A stretch of 64,000 bases of DNA from Octopus sinensis (GCF_006345805.1 NC_042998.1:3472001-3536000), one strand, 5' to 3'; numbered from the stretch's first letter, positions 12,281 through 25,784 are shown. Notes: generated by a model from the sequence alone, not told the origin. A program made the numbers and translations.

Positions 12281-12890
12281 GGCGTAGGAGTGGCTGTGTG
12301 GTAAGTAGCTTGCTTACCAACCACATTGTTCAGGATTCAGTCCCACTGTGTGGCACCTTGGGCAAGTGTCTTCTATTATAGCCTCGGGCTGATCAAAGCC
12401 TTGTGAGTGGATTTGGTAGACGGAAACTATATATATATATATATGTTTTGAAGGCGCGTGGCTCAGTGGTTTGAGCGCCGAGCTTACGATCGTGAGTTTG
12501 TGAGCTCGAATCCCGGACCGGGCTGCGTGTTGTGTTCTTGAGCAAGGCACTTTATTTCACGTTGCTCCAGTTCACTCAGCTGTAGAAATGAGTTGCGACG
12601 TCACGGGTGCCAAGCTATATCGGCCCTTGCCTTTCCCTTGGACAACATCGGTGACGTGGAGAGGGGAGGCTGGTATGCATGGGCGACTGCTGGTCTTCCA
12701 TAAAACAACCTTGCCCAGACTTGTGCCTCAGGGGGTAACTCTCTAGGTGCAAACCCATGGTCAGTGTCTGACCGAAGCGGGTCATTACTATTATATATAT
12801 GTCTGTGTTTGTGTGTCTTTGTTTGTCCCCCAACATCGCTTGACAACCGATGCTGGTGTGTTTACGTCCTCGTAACTTAGCAGTTCGGCA
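12281..12890 (+). mobile_element. SINE S2 interrupted by a nested S3 SINE (about 12450-12790)
   Basis: S2 head at 12281-12430 resumes at about 12800. The inner element has a GAAGGCGCGTGGCTCAGTGG head and a CCCATGGTCAG...GACCGAAG tail. Confidence 0.8.
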
Positions 12891-13153
12891 AATTATTTTG
12901 TTAATAATTATGTGTTCTTTTTTAAGTCTAATTTATAACGGTTCATATTCAGCGATACTAACACGCCAACGTCTTAATAAAGGTCATAAGAAGTTTAGAA
13001 TATGTAGACTGAAATTTAGCAATATTTATCCCCATTATATACTCCCATGAAAATATCAAACAGTTCGACTCCGTTTTTACCTCTTTTTACTCAGAAGGAG
13101 TTCTATAAAAAGTAGATAAAAAATGGATTTCCTTGCATGCTCAGGGAGGGAAG

Positions 13154-13530
13154 CACTCCGTCGATTACGACGGCGAGGGTTCCGGTTGATCCGAATCAAC
13201 GGAACAGCCTGCTCGTGAAATTAACGTGTAAGTGGCTGAGCACTCCACAGACACGTGTACCCTTAACGTAGTTCTCGGGGATATTCAGCGTGACACAGAG
13301 AGTGACAAGGCCGGCCCTTTGAAATACAGGTACAACAGAAACAGGAAGTAAGAGTGAGAGAAAGTTGTGGTGAAAGAGTACAGCAGGGATCACCACCATC
13401 CCCTGCCGGAGCCTCGTGGAGCTTTAGGTGTTTTCGCTCAATAAACACTCACAACGCCCGGTCTGGGAATCGAAACCGCGATCCTATGACCGCGAGTCCG
13501 CTGCCCTAACCACTGGGCCATTGCGCCTCC
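13154..13530 (-). mobile_element. SINE head A + tail T
   Basis: GGAGGCGCAATGGCCCAGTGG head; tail ends in the stem-loop CCGTCGTAATCGACGG. Confidence 0.8.
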
Positions 13531-13699
13531 ACCTTGCATGCACAATTAACTTGATGCAACGTTCACTTATTAGAATATTGGTGTTCGTAAAGATTAGAGC
13601 ATTGAGAAAAGCTTTATTTATGGAAGGGTGAAGTAAATTTACTGTTGTTTGTCACTAATCATTCTTTTACAAACACATACACAAAATATAAAGGATATT

Positions 13700-14082
13700 T
13701 CGCAATGGTCCAGTGGTTAGGATCGCGGTTTCGATTCCCAGACCAGGCGTTGTATGTGTGTTTATTGAGCAAAAACGCCTAAAGCTCCACGTGGCTCCGG
13801 TGGCGGTGGGGGCGACACCTGTTGTACTCTTTCGCCCCAACTTTCTCTCACAGCGGCGAGCTGGTAGAACCGTTAGCACGCCAGGCGAAATGCGTAGCCG
13901 TATTTCGTCTGCCGTTACGTTCTGAGTTCAAATTCCGCCGAAGTCGACTTTGCCTTTCATCCTTTCGGGGTCGATAAATTAAGTACAAGTTACGCACTGG
14001 AGTCGATATAATCGACTTAATCCGTTTGTTTGTCCTTGTTTGTCCCCTCTATGTTTAGCCCCTTGTGGGTAATAAAGAAACA
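13700..14082 (+). mobile_element. Truncated head-A SINE followed directly by an S1 SINE (starting about 13853)
   Basis: Head A sequence stops at TTCTCTCACA, then GCGGCGAGCTGG (S1) begins. Confidence 0.8.
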
Positions 14083-15057
14083 GATACTACGCTTTTAAAT
14101 TCTCGAGTGTAATTGAATCAAGAGTATAATTGCTAACAATTCATAAGAGATTTTTACGAAGTTGATTAACTTTGTTTCCACTCCCAACAAAATACATTAC
14201 ATAAATTTACATAACATATTGAGACTGTTTCAGTTTTTAATAGTCCATAAAGAACTGCTGTCGCCACTAAGGACTCTTCTATCTTTTTATTTATATCGAA
14301 GTTTTACTCGTATATAATCGCATACGCACGCACACATACAATATCATATTGCTTCTTTTTTTTTACACAAACTGATAACTATCTACATATGAAAAAGAAC
14401 ATATTAACTATTTACACTAAAAACATTGCAATTATATATTTTTTTAATGCCTCAAGTACCTAATCGAGAAATCTGTATAAGTATAATAAAATGGTGAGTC
14501 TACTTTTTTGACAATAACATATCTGGATCTTATGTAGTCAAGTCTGACGTCTCCCGTTTCTAAGCAAAAAAAAAACAAAAAAAAACCCACGAACAATTCG
14601 GAACATTATTTTCCAATCCCATAAAAATGTAAGATTCTAGAAAATCTGCGAGAGCCTCTCTCAGAGCTTTTTAAACAAAAACTTGGAATTTTGATGGAAT
14701 TTCGAAAATTCATATGTTAGGCAAGAGTAAAAATCTTTATTGCATTGACAAAAACACAGATAATAGGCTGTTATCTAATAACATGAATATTATTAGCAAA
14801 AATCTGGCACCAACGCATATAAAACTTCCTGCGTTTAAAAAGTAAAGAAAACGCCTTTATCTTCAATACAGACGATAGAATAAATGTTTAGCCACGCGAA
14901 CATGAGTTAATACTCTTAAAGATCGCAAAGCTGATGGTTCTAGTCACCCTAAGTGTAGAAAGCAGAGAAGCGAATATACCGTGGTTCAATTATTCTCAGA
15001 AAAAAATGTGGTGTTCCTCCTGTTGGTGAACAAAAGTATTAGTCGTATTAGTTGGGT

Positions 15058-15252
15058 GATGAGTTAGCAGATTCGTTAACACATTGGGCAAAATTCTTAG
15101 TGGCATTTCGTCCGTCTTTATTCCGAGTCGACTTTACTTTTCATCCTTTCGGGGTCAATAAAATAAGTACCAATCGAGCATTGGGGTCAGAGTAAACGAT
15201 TTTTCTCTTGCCCAGAAATTGCTGACCTTGTACCAAAATATAAAACCAATGT
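15058..15252 (+). mobile_element. SINE S1b, diverged
   Basis: GAGTTAGCAGA...GTCGACTTT...AAATTGCTGACCTTGTACCAAAA. Confidence 0.65.
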
Positions 15253-15991
15253 TTGTAATATTAGTGAAGAGCAAGTATGTAAGTTTATCCATTTATACAC
15301 GGAATACTGTCCTATAATAAAATATTTTAGTGCATTTTATCACCATAGTTTCAAGCAGTGAGTCTGACTTCTGAATAAACTTATCCCGGATAAAAAAGAA
15401 AAGAAAAACAGGTGGAGACGATTAAATAGATGTTGGCATGGAGACATATATATGAAGGGGTTGAAATATACGAAATTACTGGAGTTGATATATTGGACAT
15501 GTTGTGTAAAATATTACTTACGCAATAAATTAGACCGAGTTAGAAAGGGTCATACTAAATTGTTTTTCAAAAGCTTCAATTTATGGTGCTAAACAGCGAT
15601 TGGACACTTAAGCTATATCTTGTGGCTGAAAATAATTCCAGATACGATTTTACCAGTTGGTCTCTTGTTTCAGATGACATAAACATTTACTGCCAGCTTA
15701 TCCAAGTATATTTAGCTTTAAAAATAAAGAAAGCCTATCATATTTAAAATCAACTGAAGTAATCCAGAACACGTTGAACATATACTCACGGCTCACTTAG
15801 TTTCAACTTGAGATATAGACTGGACTAAACAGAAAAGTTCTTAATCTTATCTCAGTAATCTCACCGCTTTAAAAATAATTCCTATACGTTGGGTTGTTAC
15901 CGAATTTTGATATTAGCTTTTTAACAACATGCGTCCCAACCGATAATCTCCGGGACATTGCTCAGTGAAATAATTTTTTTACTCCATTTTA

Positions 15992-17222
15992 TCAGGACTG
16001 TCCGAATTGTGAATAAAGAAAACAAGTGATCAAATGTTATATTTAACTGAAATTTAATCATTAATATACTTACCCTGATTATCTATAACTTCCTTCCATC
16101 TATTTACAAGCTTTTTCTATCCCATCAATGTAAAACTTCTTTGGCTTCAAAGCGAAGAACTCGGAAGTGTCAGTTTCGACCTCTTCCTGGCTTGCGAAAG
16201 TTATGTCCCCCAAAGGATACTGAAAAACTACGAAACAAATGGTAGTCTGAAGGAGTGATGTCGGAAGAGTAAGGTGGATGAGGAATTTTTTCCCAACCAA
16301 GCTCTTCGATCTTCTGTGATGTGATCTTTGCAGTGTAGGTCGCGCATTGTCCTGATGAAACATTACTCCTTTTCGATTCACTAAAGCGGGTCTTTTTTCC
16401 TTCAAAACTTGGTTCAAACGCTCTAATTGCTGACAGTAGACTTGATCATTGATTCTTGCATTAGGTGGCAACAATTCAAAGTGAATTACTCTTTTGCAAT
16501 CCCACCAGAAAGAGAGAAGAACTTTTTCTCATGAAATTCCCTTCTCGGTTGTGGTTGAGCTTTTTCCCTTTTACCAAGCCACTGTTTACGACGTTTAGCA
16601 TTTCGATAGGTGAAATGAGTTCGCGAGAATGGAGAGAAGAGCAGATGTCACCTCGGGATTTGCAGTTGCTTTCGGACAATTCACTAGGCACCCATTTCCA
16701 GGTTTATGAATCGTTCCAAGTTGTTGAAGACGACGATGAACAGTTGTATGGTTTGAACGAAGCTTTATTGCCAATTCTTCAACTGATAATGCAGGATTTT
16801 CTTCAAGTAATGCCTCAAGGAGCTTATCATCAAACTCAACTGGACGTCCTGTTCGATCTTCACCTTCAAGGCTGAAATCTCTACTTCTGAATTTTGCAAA
16901 CCATCTTCTGCAAGTTCTTTCATTCAAGCATTCTTTCCCATAAACTGAGTGTATGTTTCGAGTCGCTTCGGCTGCGGAGTTTCCTTTTTTGTACTCATAA
17001 AGCATTATGTGCCTGAAATGCTCTTTGGATACTTCCATGTTAGAAAGGGTTTTAATCAAAGAAATTTTAATCCTTTTATTCTGTAAAATAATATTTAATT
17101 ATTTTAAATGTACACAAATGCATAAAAATAATTTTTAATTCCATTAGACATTCTAAAATACTATTAAATTTAATTCAATTTTGAAAAAGGTGAAATCGGA
17201 CAGAACTTATGGGATGACCTGA
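15992..17222 (-). mobile_element. Near-full-length mariner (Tc1/mariner DD34D) element, inactivated
   Basis: ATG at 17037: MEVSKEHFRHIMLYEYKKG...RRWFAKF...GRP, then WVP(S)EL, HQDNARP and decayed YSPD-like region. TA-flanked TIR TCAGGTCATCCCATAAGTTCTGTCCGA at 17196-17222; the left TIR carries an internal deletion. Frameshifted. Confidence 0.92.
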
Positions 17223-19886
17223 TAGCTTCCACATTTCATAGCGTGCTGCTATCTTAACTTGCTCCTGGGCAGTCAAGCAACCGGCCATCTAGAAAATAAA
17301 AAAATAACAAATAAGACAATAAGAAAATAAAAAATCCACATTAGTGTTGTCTGTTTAAAAAATGTTTTTGTCCTGTTTTTTGTCCTGACTTCGGTGATGC
17401 TAAAAATTCTATAAGCAATTTCCAAAGCCTAGTTACTTTCCATTCACCTTGTATAGGACTATTACATATTTCTTCTTTTTTCATAATCCTCCAACTATCA
17501 GAAACGAAAGACTCGGAGTGATGATTTGTGAAGCCTCAATTCCCTATGAGATATATATTACTGCTTTCGATATTGTATACTCTAATTCCTCCCTCCTGTT
17601 TACATGTAATTACTTAAACGCACGCACACGTGAATATGTATATAAATGTGTGTGTGTGGGGGGGGGGGGTGTACTCGCAAGTTTCCTTCTAATAATTATT
17701 TCTATTTCATCTTCTCTTACTCATAAGAATATTGCTCAGCCATTCACTTCGAAGACGTCAAATTACTTCCTACCATCCTTAATAAACAGCAATATTCCCT
17801 TCATTTAAGGAAAATCACCCCAACGTTTTCATTATTCCTCTACATGTATATTTTTTATTTGACTTCTTAATCCTCATTTTCCTTTGCAAAATTGTAATTT
17901 TGAAGAGACCCTAAATGAATGTTACTCGAAGAAAAACCTTACAAAATATCAAAATTGTCTTGGTCTTGAAACCTTGGTAATAGCGGATTTTGATGTAATG
18001 TGTATGGTTACCAAATTGATGACTGTAGAAAATTTAGCTTAAAATCTTAAAACGTAACAGAAACTATTTTTTAAAAAAACAGAAAAGAATAGCAGAATTT
18101 TTGTTTTTTTTAAATCATTGTCATTGTCAAAAGATTTATAGAAAAATTTATAGAAAAACCTAAAAGACGACGAAGAACTGGCTGGAGAATAATCACTCAT
18201 GGAAGTGACATCATATGAAGAAAAGAAGCGGGAGGGGGAGGGTGCTGTAAATACCTCAGATATATTACGATATTGTTGAATGGTAAAAGGGATTTCTGGA
18301 AAACAGATTGCATTGTGGCATGCAGCAACAATTGCTAGAAACCAGAGCTGCTAAAAAGTTGGGAACGGTGTAGATGGTATCAAATGTTTGTCGCTTATAC
18401 AACCAGAGAGGGAGAGAGAAGGAAAGAGAGAGAGAAAGAGGGGGGGAGAAGAAAAAGAGCAAGAAACTAATTTTTGATAAGTATACTCACTAGAACAATC
18501 ATGAGAAGGGTATTCTTGATGGTTCAAAATGTAGCATGGAGATGTAGGAAGAAAGAACAATAAATATATTTTGAGTAACAAAAACCAAACTGGGTAAATG
18601 AATAATACTGGAAATAAAGGAAAACGTTAAGTATTTATACAGGAACAACATATATATCTCGTGTTGTTGCAAATTTCGTAGATGATACCTTAAAAAGCTC
18701 TTATGGATCATAATCCTTGTGAGCTTTTAGGAAATTCAAAACCTAAGAAAACAAGCCGGAGAGGCAGAGAGTAGTCAGGTATTTTGGAGATGTGTGTGGC
18801 ATTTTTCTTTTATAGGTAAGGAGGCTTGACAGCACTTATGAAATCTTTAGGGGTCTGGAGACTGGTTTAAAGGAAGAGATCACTGATTATAGTTGGCTGC
18901 AGTTCGGATCAGTTTAATACAAGATTATCTTCAGTTCGGAGACCTACTCTGAAAGCTTACAACAGAGTGGACTCTAACATGATGGTGTTAAGTCGGGCAT
19001 GTGAATAGGTCTGGCAACGAATACGTGGTTCAGCCCACTTGGCTAATTTCCCTGCAGTTTCCATCAAATCAATTTTATTCGCCCGACTTGAGTTAATATG
19101 AAGCTGTGGCTGGAGTTAGTTGTCTAAGATGCCGTGCAATGGGGAAGAATTTGAAACTACTTGATTGCAAATGGAACTTGAAACCATATGGCAATGTCTG
19201 GACCTAAATGTCGAGGAACAGAAAATGTTATTAAGACAAGTGAACGGGATATTCAGTTGAAAGAAGTGCTTGATCACGTGAAAGTGAAACAAAAGTTAGG
19301 AATTATTTAAGCATGCTGATAGAACACCCTTTGTTAAAGGAATTACAAACTTATGGTAATATCGTATAATCTTGCTCGTCGTGTGTCATTAAAAATACAA
19401 ATCATATCAAAAAGACTTTAATATCGAATGTATTAACTAACGATAAAACCACAAATTTACATGAAACCTTAGTTGAAAGAGTATGAATTAAGATATATGA
19501 CTAGATTATGCCTTAGAAAGCAACATGTGAATAAAATTTGTCTCTATAAATCTAAGGCTGATAATAGTTTGCAGTCTATTAAAAACCGAAACAGTTTTCT
19601 CTGTGATATATCTGTACTAAATGCTACGTCAATATTTTATATAATGTATCAGCAAATCATTTTAAAATAAAACTCTTTTCTTCGTGTAACATTAGCGGAA
19701 GAGATAGAGAAGGTATTAAGTAGTATTATGTATTTCTAAAGCTAAAACCAAAAACAATATTAATGCTTTAGTAGTTGTTATTTACGTATACACGAATAGG
19801 ATTTATGTTGCACTTCAAACAAGTTTAGTTAGTTTATTTATCTGATCGGGTTGTAAAATGGAGTCGTTTTAGTGACTTAACCATAT

Positions 19887-19950
<64 letters not shown>

Positions 19951-20283
19951 TATATGAGTTCATTTTATTTATAACACGAAACTGATAAGTTTTGTTTTCC
20001 ACGCCTGCTTCCAGTCGATTGAATTACCAAAGAAGTGAAAATTAACCTGGCGATCATTCGCATTTCATACGGGTATTACTCGCACCTCACAGATGAAATA
20101 TACATACATCTTCATTTTCATCTGTCTGCATTGGTTCCAGTCGATGTAGATTGCCTGCTGACGTGTTTCTACCGACCTTTCCCTTATTATTCTTTGAAGA
20201 CTTATATATATGCATGCAAATGCGGAAATGCGAAGGTATATGATATGTGATACGTATATGCGTATATGTGTGTGTGTGATGCG

Positions 20284-20353
<70 letters not shown>

Positions 20354-20366
20354 CACACATATGCAG

Positions 20367-20429
<63 letters not shown>

Positions 20430-20688
20430 ATATATACATACATATATATATGTATATAAATATATATATATATAAATATATTATGTGAAATAGAAAGATG
20501 AATAATCTTGTTGCAGATTAATCAAAAGTTTAACCGATACCTTGGTAGCAAAATCACAGCAGAAGACAACACGGTTAGAGGTACAACCATATGGTGTTGC
20601 AACCGTGCGTTGGTGCGGATAATTGAATTTTAATATTTTTAGTGAATTGAAGAAATGGAGTTGAACGAAGATTGAACAGAAATCGTTT

Positions 20689-20781
20689 TATTTCATTCTA
20701 CACGTGTTTCGAAAGGCACAATTTACCAAATTCCGATTGAATAATGAGACCATATCGTGTCTTTCTCTTCAGGAAGAAATA
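20689..20781 (-). ncRNA. Type I hammerhead ribozyme (left-arm mirror copy)
   Basis: Reverse complement of 20897-20989 with one change in stem II; core intact. Confidence 0.8.
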
Positions 20782-20896
20782 GGAAATCCGTTGGAAAAAA
20801 CAAAAACAGAACAGTTTGGCCATGGGCTCTTAGGAGCCTAATTCGATTTGTTTTGCTCCGCCTCTGTTCTGTTTTTGTTTTTTCCAACGGATTTCC

Positions 20897-20989
20897 TATT
20901 TCTTCCTGAAGAGAAAGACACAATATGGTCTCATTATTCAATCGGAATTTGGTAAATTGTGCCTTTCGAAACACGTGTAGAATGAAATA
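20897..20989 (+). ncRNA. Type I hammerhead ribozyme with long stem II
   Basis: Stem I UAUUUCUUC/GAA(U)GAAAUA; CUGAAGA (20906-12); stem II GAAAG/CUUUC plus CACAAU/AUUGUG; GAAA; palindromic stem III ACACGUGU; GUA cleavage after 20979. Confidence 0.85.
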
Positions 20990-21071
20990 AAACGATTTCT
21001 GTTCAATCTTCGTTAAACTCCATTTCTTCAATTCACTAAAAATATATATAATATATATATATATATATAAT

Positions 21072-21127
<56 letters not shown>

Positions 21128-21244
21128 ATTATATATATATATAATATATATATAATAATAATAAATATTAGGGAATAAATCCAAATTTACAGGGAAAAAA
21201 TCAGATTTAGGATTAAATCCAATTTTATAGTAAAATATTATAAC

Positions 21245-21472
21245 ATATTATTAGAGACAAAACCACTATTTTGCAAAACAAACAAGGAAAGACTTAATCA
21301 ATACATAAAATTTTAATAAATAGTCAAAAAAACCGAGTCCACCTGAAGATTGTCGATCAAGACAAGAAACAATTGTAGTGGCGGTTTTTTTGACTATTTA
21401 TTAAAATTTTATGTATTGATTAAGTCTTTCCTTGTTTGTTTTGCAAAATAGTGGTTTTGTCTCTAATAATAT
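21245..21472. repeat. Perfect 91-bp inverted repeat with HHR-containing spacer
   Basis: 21245-21335 is the exact reverse complement of 21382-21472. Confidence 0.95.
21339..21381 (+). ncRNA. Type I hammerhead ribozyme at hairpin apex
   Basis: CCAC-CUGAAGA-UUGUC-GAUCAA-GACAA-GAAA-CAAUUG-UA|GUGG; all core residues canonical; cleavage after 21377. Confidence 0.9.
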
Positions 21473-21541
21473 TTTATATATATATATATATATTATATCA
21501 CGCACATACACACACATTTATATATAATATATATATGTATG

Positions 21542-21572
<31 letters not shown>

Positions 21573-21578
21573 GTCACT

Positions 21579-21662
<84 letters not shown>

Positions 21663-23019
21663 GAATATGTATATATACATATATATATATGTGTGTGTGT
21701 GTATCTTTGAAAGAAAGAGAAAGTATGAATGCATGAGTAAGTGTGTGTGTATATATATATGTAGAGATATGAGTAGGTATAAAAGTATGCATGCAGAGAT
21801 GGATGTATGTATGCTTGTAGGCATATATGTATGAGAATTAATTTTAATTTCTATATTTATTTAAAAATTCTATATTTATTATTAAGACAAATGTATCTTA
21901 ATTGGTAAGAAAAAAAACTTAGTGAAAGTCAATGGCCGTAATTTAATTTACTTCAAGAGTTCTTCAGAAAAATCTACGCATCTTCTAATAGAGAAATAAA
22001 ATACAATGAAAATTATTTCTGAGAGTTTCCATAATCCTTCTTCTTAATGATATACTGAACAAGAAGACGAAGAAGAAAAAGATAAAGAAAGAAAGAAAGA
22101 AAGAAGGAAGAACGATAAGAAAAGGAAAGAGGAGGATGGCAAGAAGATGATGAAGAAGCAGAAGAAGGATAAGAAGAAAAAGGAGAGAAAGAAAGAAGAA
22201 GAACAAGAGGAGGAAAAAGAAGTTTAGGAAGTGACAAATTAGAAAAACTGAGAAACGTGTGTGCATGTGTAGGTATTTATGTTTGTGTGACTGTTCTTGC
22301 GTAAGTGTGTGTGTGCGTGCATGGGCCTGCGTGCGAATGTGTGCGCGTGCGTACGAATGTGTGTGTGTGTGTGAATGTGTGTGTGCGTGTAAATATGTGT
22401 ATGTGTGTGTGCGTGCATGGGCCTACGTGCGAATGTGTGTGTGTGTGAGTGCATGTAAATGTGAATGTGCGAATGTGTGTGTGTGTGTGCGTGTAAATGT
22501 GTGTATGTGTGTGCGTGCGAATGTATGTATGTGTATTCAAGATGATTGTTTGAGCGCTTGAACAGTCAGTGTGAGTATATATTCCTGAAGCAAAAAAAAA
22601 AACAAAAAAAAAAGAAAAGAAAAGAAAAACGTTTCTCATTGAATTAGTTTTAAAAGTATTTTAAAGACTGCTTAATTGATGACTATCATTTAGTATACCA
22701 AACTTTCAAATATAATTTAGAATTTCAGCAACAATTCCTGTTTCATTTTTCTACTTTTTCTTTTTTTTTTCTTTCGCGAAACGAATTTTGATGACAATGT
22801 TATGGGAAATTAATTTCAAAGTTCTTTCTTTCTTTTTTTAGTGCCTAAAAGTACGTATGAACCACTCGTAGTAATTCACAGATTGGCCAAGCAAAAACGA
22901 TCTGTGCCTATTTCTCCCCACTACTACAAACTTTTTTCAGAAATCTTGGAACAATATTCTCTCTCTCTCTCTCTCGCTTTCTCCCTCTCGTTTTTTCTCT
23001 TCTTTCGCGAATTGTATTC

Positions 23020-23020
<1 letters not shown>

Positions 23021-23113
<93 letters not shown>

Positions 23114-23178
23114 GTCTGTCTGTCTGTCTGTCTAGCTATCTATCTATCTGTTTATCTGTCTATCTGTCTATATATCTG

Positions 23179-23245
<67 letters not shown>

Positions 23246-23274
23246 GTTTATCTGTCTATCTGTCTATATATCTG

Positions 23275-23359
<85 letters not shown>

Positions 23360-23360
23360 T
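23021..23360. repeat. (TATC)n microsatellite
   Basis: Direct inspection. Confidence 0.95.
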
Positions 23361-24161
23361 ATTCTGTGTCATTTAGACTTACATGATAAGGAAAAAGGAG
23401 GATACGTAAAATAAAATTGGGTGAAATAAAATTATCAAATTAATTTTTTTTTTCCTTTTTTTCCTTCTGTATCAATTAAAATTGTGCAAACTTGTGAAAA
23501 ACACCGTATGACTTATTGCTCATTTTCGAGAAGTGGTTAATTGCATTTTAAGTGTTTGGCGCAAGGTAGTTATTTCGTAAGAATTCATAGCATAGAGGGA
23601 ATCGGAATATCGGAAATAGGTTTTAAACATATGAGTTTAAGTCTAGCTTCTTCTGTATGTATGTGAGAGAGCCTGAATGTGTGAATGAATAAGTGGGCCT
23701 CTGTGTCCGTATGTGTCCGTATGTGTACGCTTGTTTGTGTATATGTGTCAGAAAGTGTGAAAGTGTGTGCATCTGCTTAGGATCCGCTTCTTTAGCATAT
23801 TTCAGTATTAAATTTACTTTATGATTTTTAATCCTGCTTCTGACCTCCGCGCTCTGGAAAATCGTAGTCTAAGTAAATACATGCCTCTGTGTGTGTGTGG
23901 TGTGTGTGTGTGTGTGTGTGTGTATGTATGCGTGTGTATGTGTGTGTGCGTGTGTGTGTGTTTGTTTATACATGTGTATGCATACATGCGTGTAAATGTT
24001 TGAGAGTGAGAGAGCTAAAGAGAGTGAGAGAGAGCTAGAGAGAGGGAGAGAGCAAGGGAGAGTGAGATAGCTAGAGAGAGAGAGAGAGGTATATATAATA
24101 TATATATAATATATATGTGTGTGTGTGTATATATATGTGTGTATATATATATATAATATAT

Positions 24162-24204
<43 letters not shown>

Positions 24205-24690
24205 GAGAGAGAGGAGAGAGAGCTTGCATATGCGTATATACGCACGTGTGCATGCGACTGGATATGATTATATTATTACTTGAATAGGGTGTATCTGACC
24301 TTGACAGAGTTCATGTATTGATTATCGAGACAGAGACATGGACAAATGTCACAAATATAAATACAAAGAAAGTAAGAGAGAGAGAGAAAAAGAGACAGAG
24401 AGAGAGACAGAGGGAGAAAGAGAAAGAGTAAAATGTAATGGGAAAAGAAGGAAAAATCGGAAAAAGCCAGAACATTGCATATTTACCTGTTACACTGGGG
24501 TGGTTGCAGGTTTTTTTCTTTTTTTTTTTTTTTCCTTCTTTTCACGATATTAATGTACAAACCTGTTATTCAAACACAGCTATAAAAATAAGGTTTATCA
24601 TAATATTAAAGTAAATTTTCTAGCAGCTTTCCTTCCTTTAATGGATTTAGAAAAACCAATAATAATAATGATGATGATGATGATGATGAT

Positions 24691-24756
<66 letters not shown>

Positions 24757-24802
24757 TAGTTCTTGTAGATTTTTGTAGGCATCTTGGGTGCGTTTGTTCC
24801 AG

Positions 24803-24856
<54 letters not shown>

Positions 24857-24860
<4 letters not shown>

Positions 24861-25540
24861 GAAATATAACAAGTAACTGCAGAATATGTGGAGATGGACA
24901 AGAAACAATAAATCATATTATCTCTGGCTGCCCAGTCCTGGCTAAGAAGGAATATATTCACAGACATGACATAGTTGGAACCTACATACACTGGAAGCTA
25001 TGTCAACATTATGGAATAACAACAGAAAAAAGATGGTATTGGCACACACCAGAAAAGGTCACAGAAAACGAGAAAGCAACCATACTCTGGGATATGCCGA
25101 TACACACAGATAGAGAAATTAAGGCCAACAGACCATATATAGTTGTCAGAGATCATGAAGAAAAAAAATGCTTTCTAATTGATGTATCAATACCGGCAGA
25201 TGACAACGTGTCTCTAAAAGAAATGGAGAAACTTTCAAAATACAAAGACCTGGAAATAGAGGTAACCAGAATGTGGAATCTAAAAACAGAAACAATCCCT
25301 ATCATAGTAGGTGCATTAGGCATGATAAAAAATATTCAGACAAATACATAACAAAAACACCAGGACTTACAAACACATATAACATACAGAAAATTGCACT
25401 ACTAGGCACTGCACACATCCTACGCAGAACACTTTCCATACAATAACCATCAGAGCATCACAACAAATCACAGCACATACCCAAGGCACACAGAGCTGCG
25501 CTCGGTAGTGAAGTGAAAGCACGCTATAAAAATAAAACTA

Positions 25541-25544
<4 letters not shown>
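24857..25544 (+). mobile_element. 5'-truncated Dong/R4-clade non-LTR retrotransposon inserted in (TAA)n
   Basis: CRICGDGQETINHIISGC (CCHC knuckle), RHD, WD...NRPYIV...LIDVSIP...EK..KY.DL (RLE endonuclease, PD mutated to PY), then frameshifted QKIALLGTAHILRR. TAA runs on both sides. Confidence 0.88.
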
Positions 25545-25592
<48 letters not shown>

Positions 25593-25784
25593 TAATAATA
25601 ATAATAATAATAGTAATGATAATAATAATCGGGTGAATCTCCTTTCGTATCTAAATTTTATTTTTATCAACGAATAGAAGTTCAAGTTTCACACCGTCTC
25701 TATTGCTATGACTTATTTAGAAAGACCTGCAAATATCAAAGACCCAGTTCCTTTGACAGTGAATAAAGAAATAAGCAAAAGGGC

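Larger units (their letters stand above)
20633..21045. repeat. Foldback with 182-bp arms (2 mismatches) and 49-nt spacer
   Basis: 20633-20814 is the reverse complement of 20864-21045. Confidence 0.95.

Noticed and set aside
20150-20205. GAAACACGUC half-hammerhead on the minus strand
   Set aside because: No CUGANGA or matching stem II strand upstream.
22040-22250. Lys/Glu-rich purine tract
   Set aside because: Low-complexity (GAA/AGA)n sequence with stops in the charged frame.
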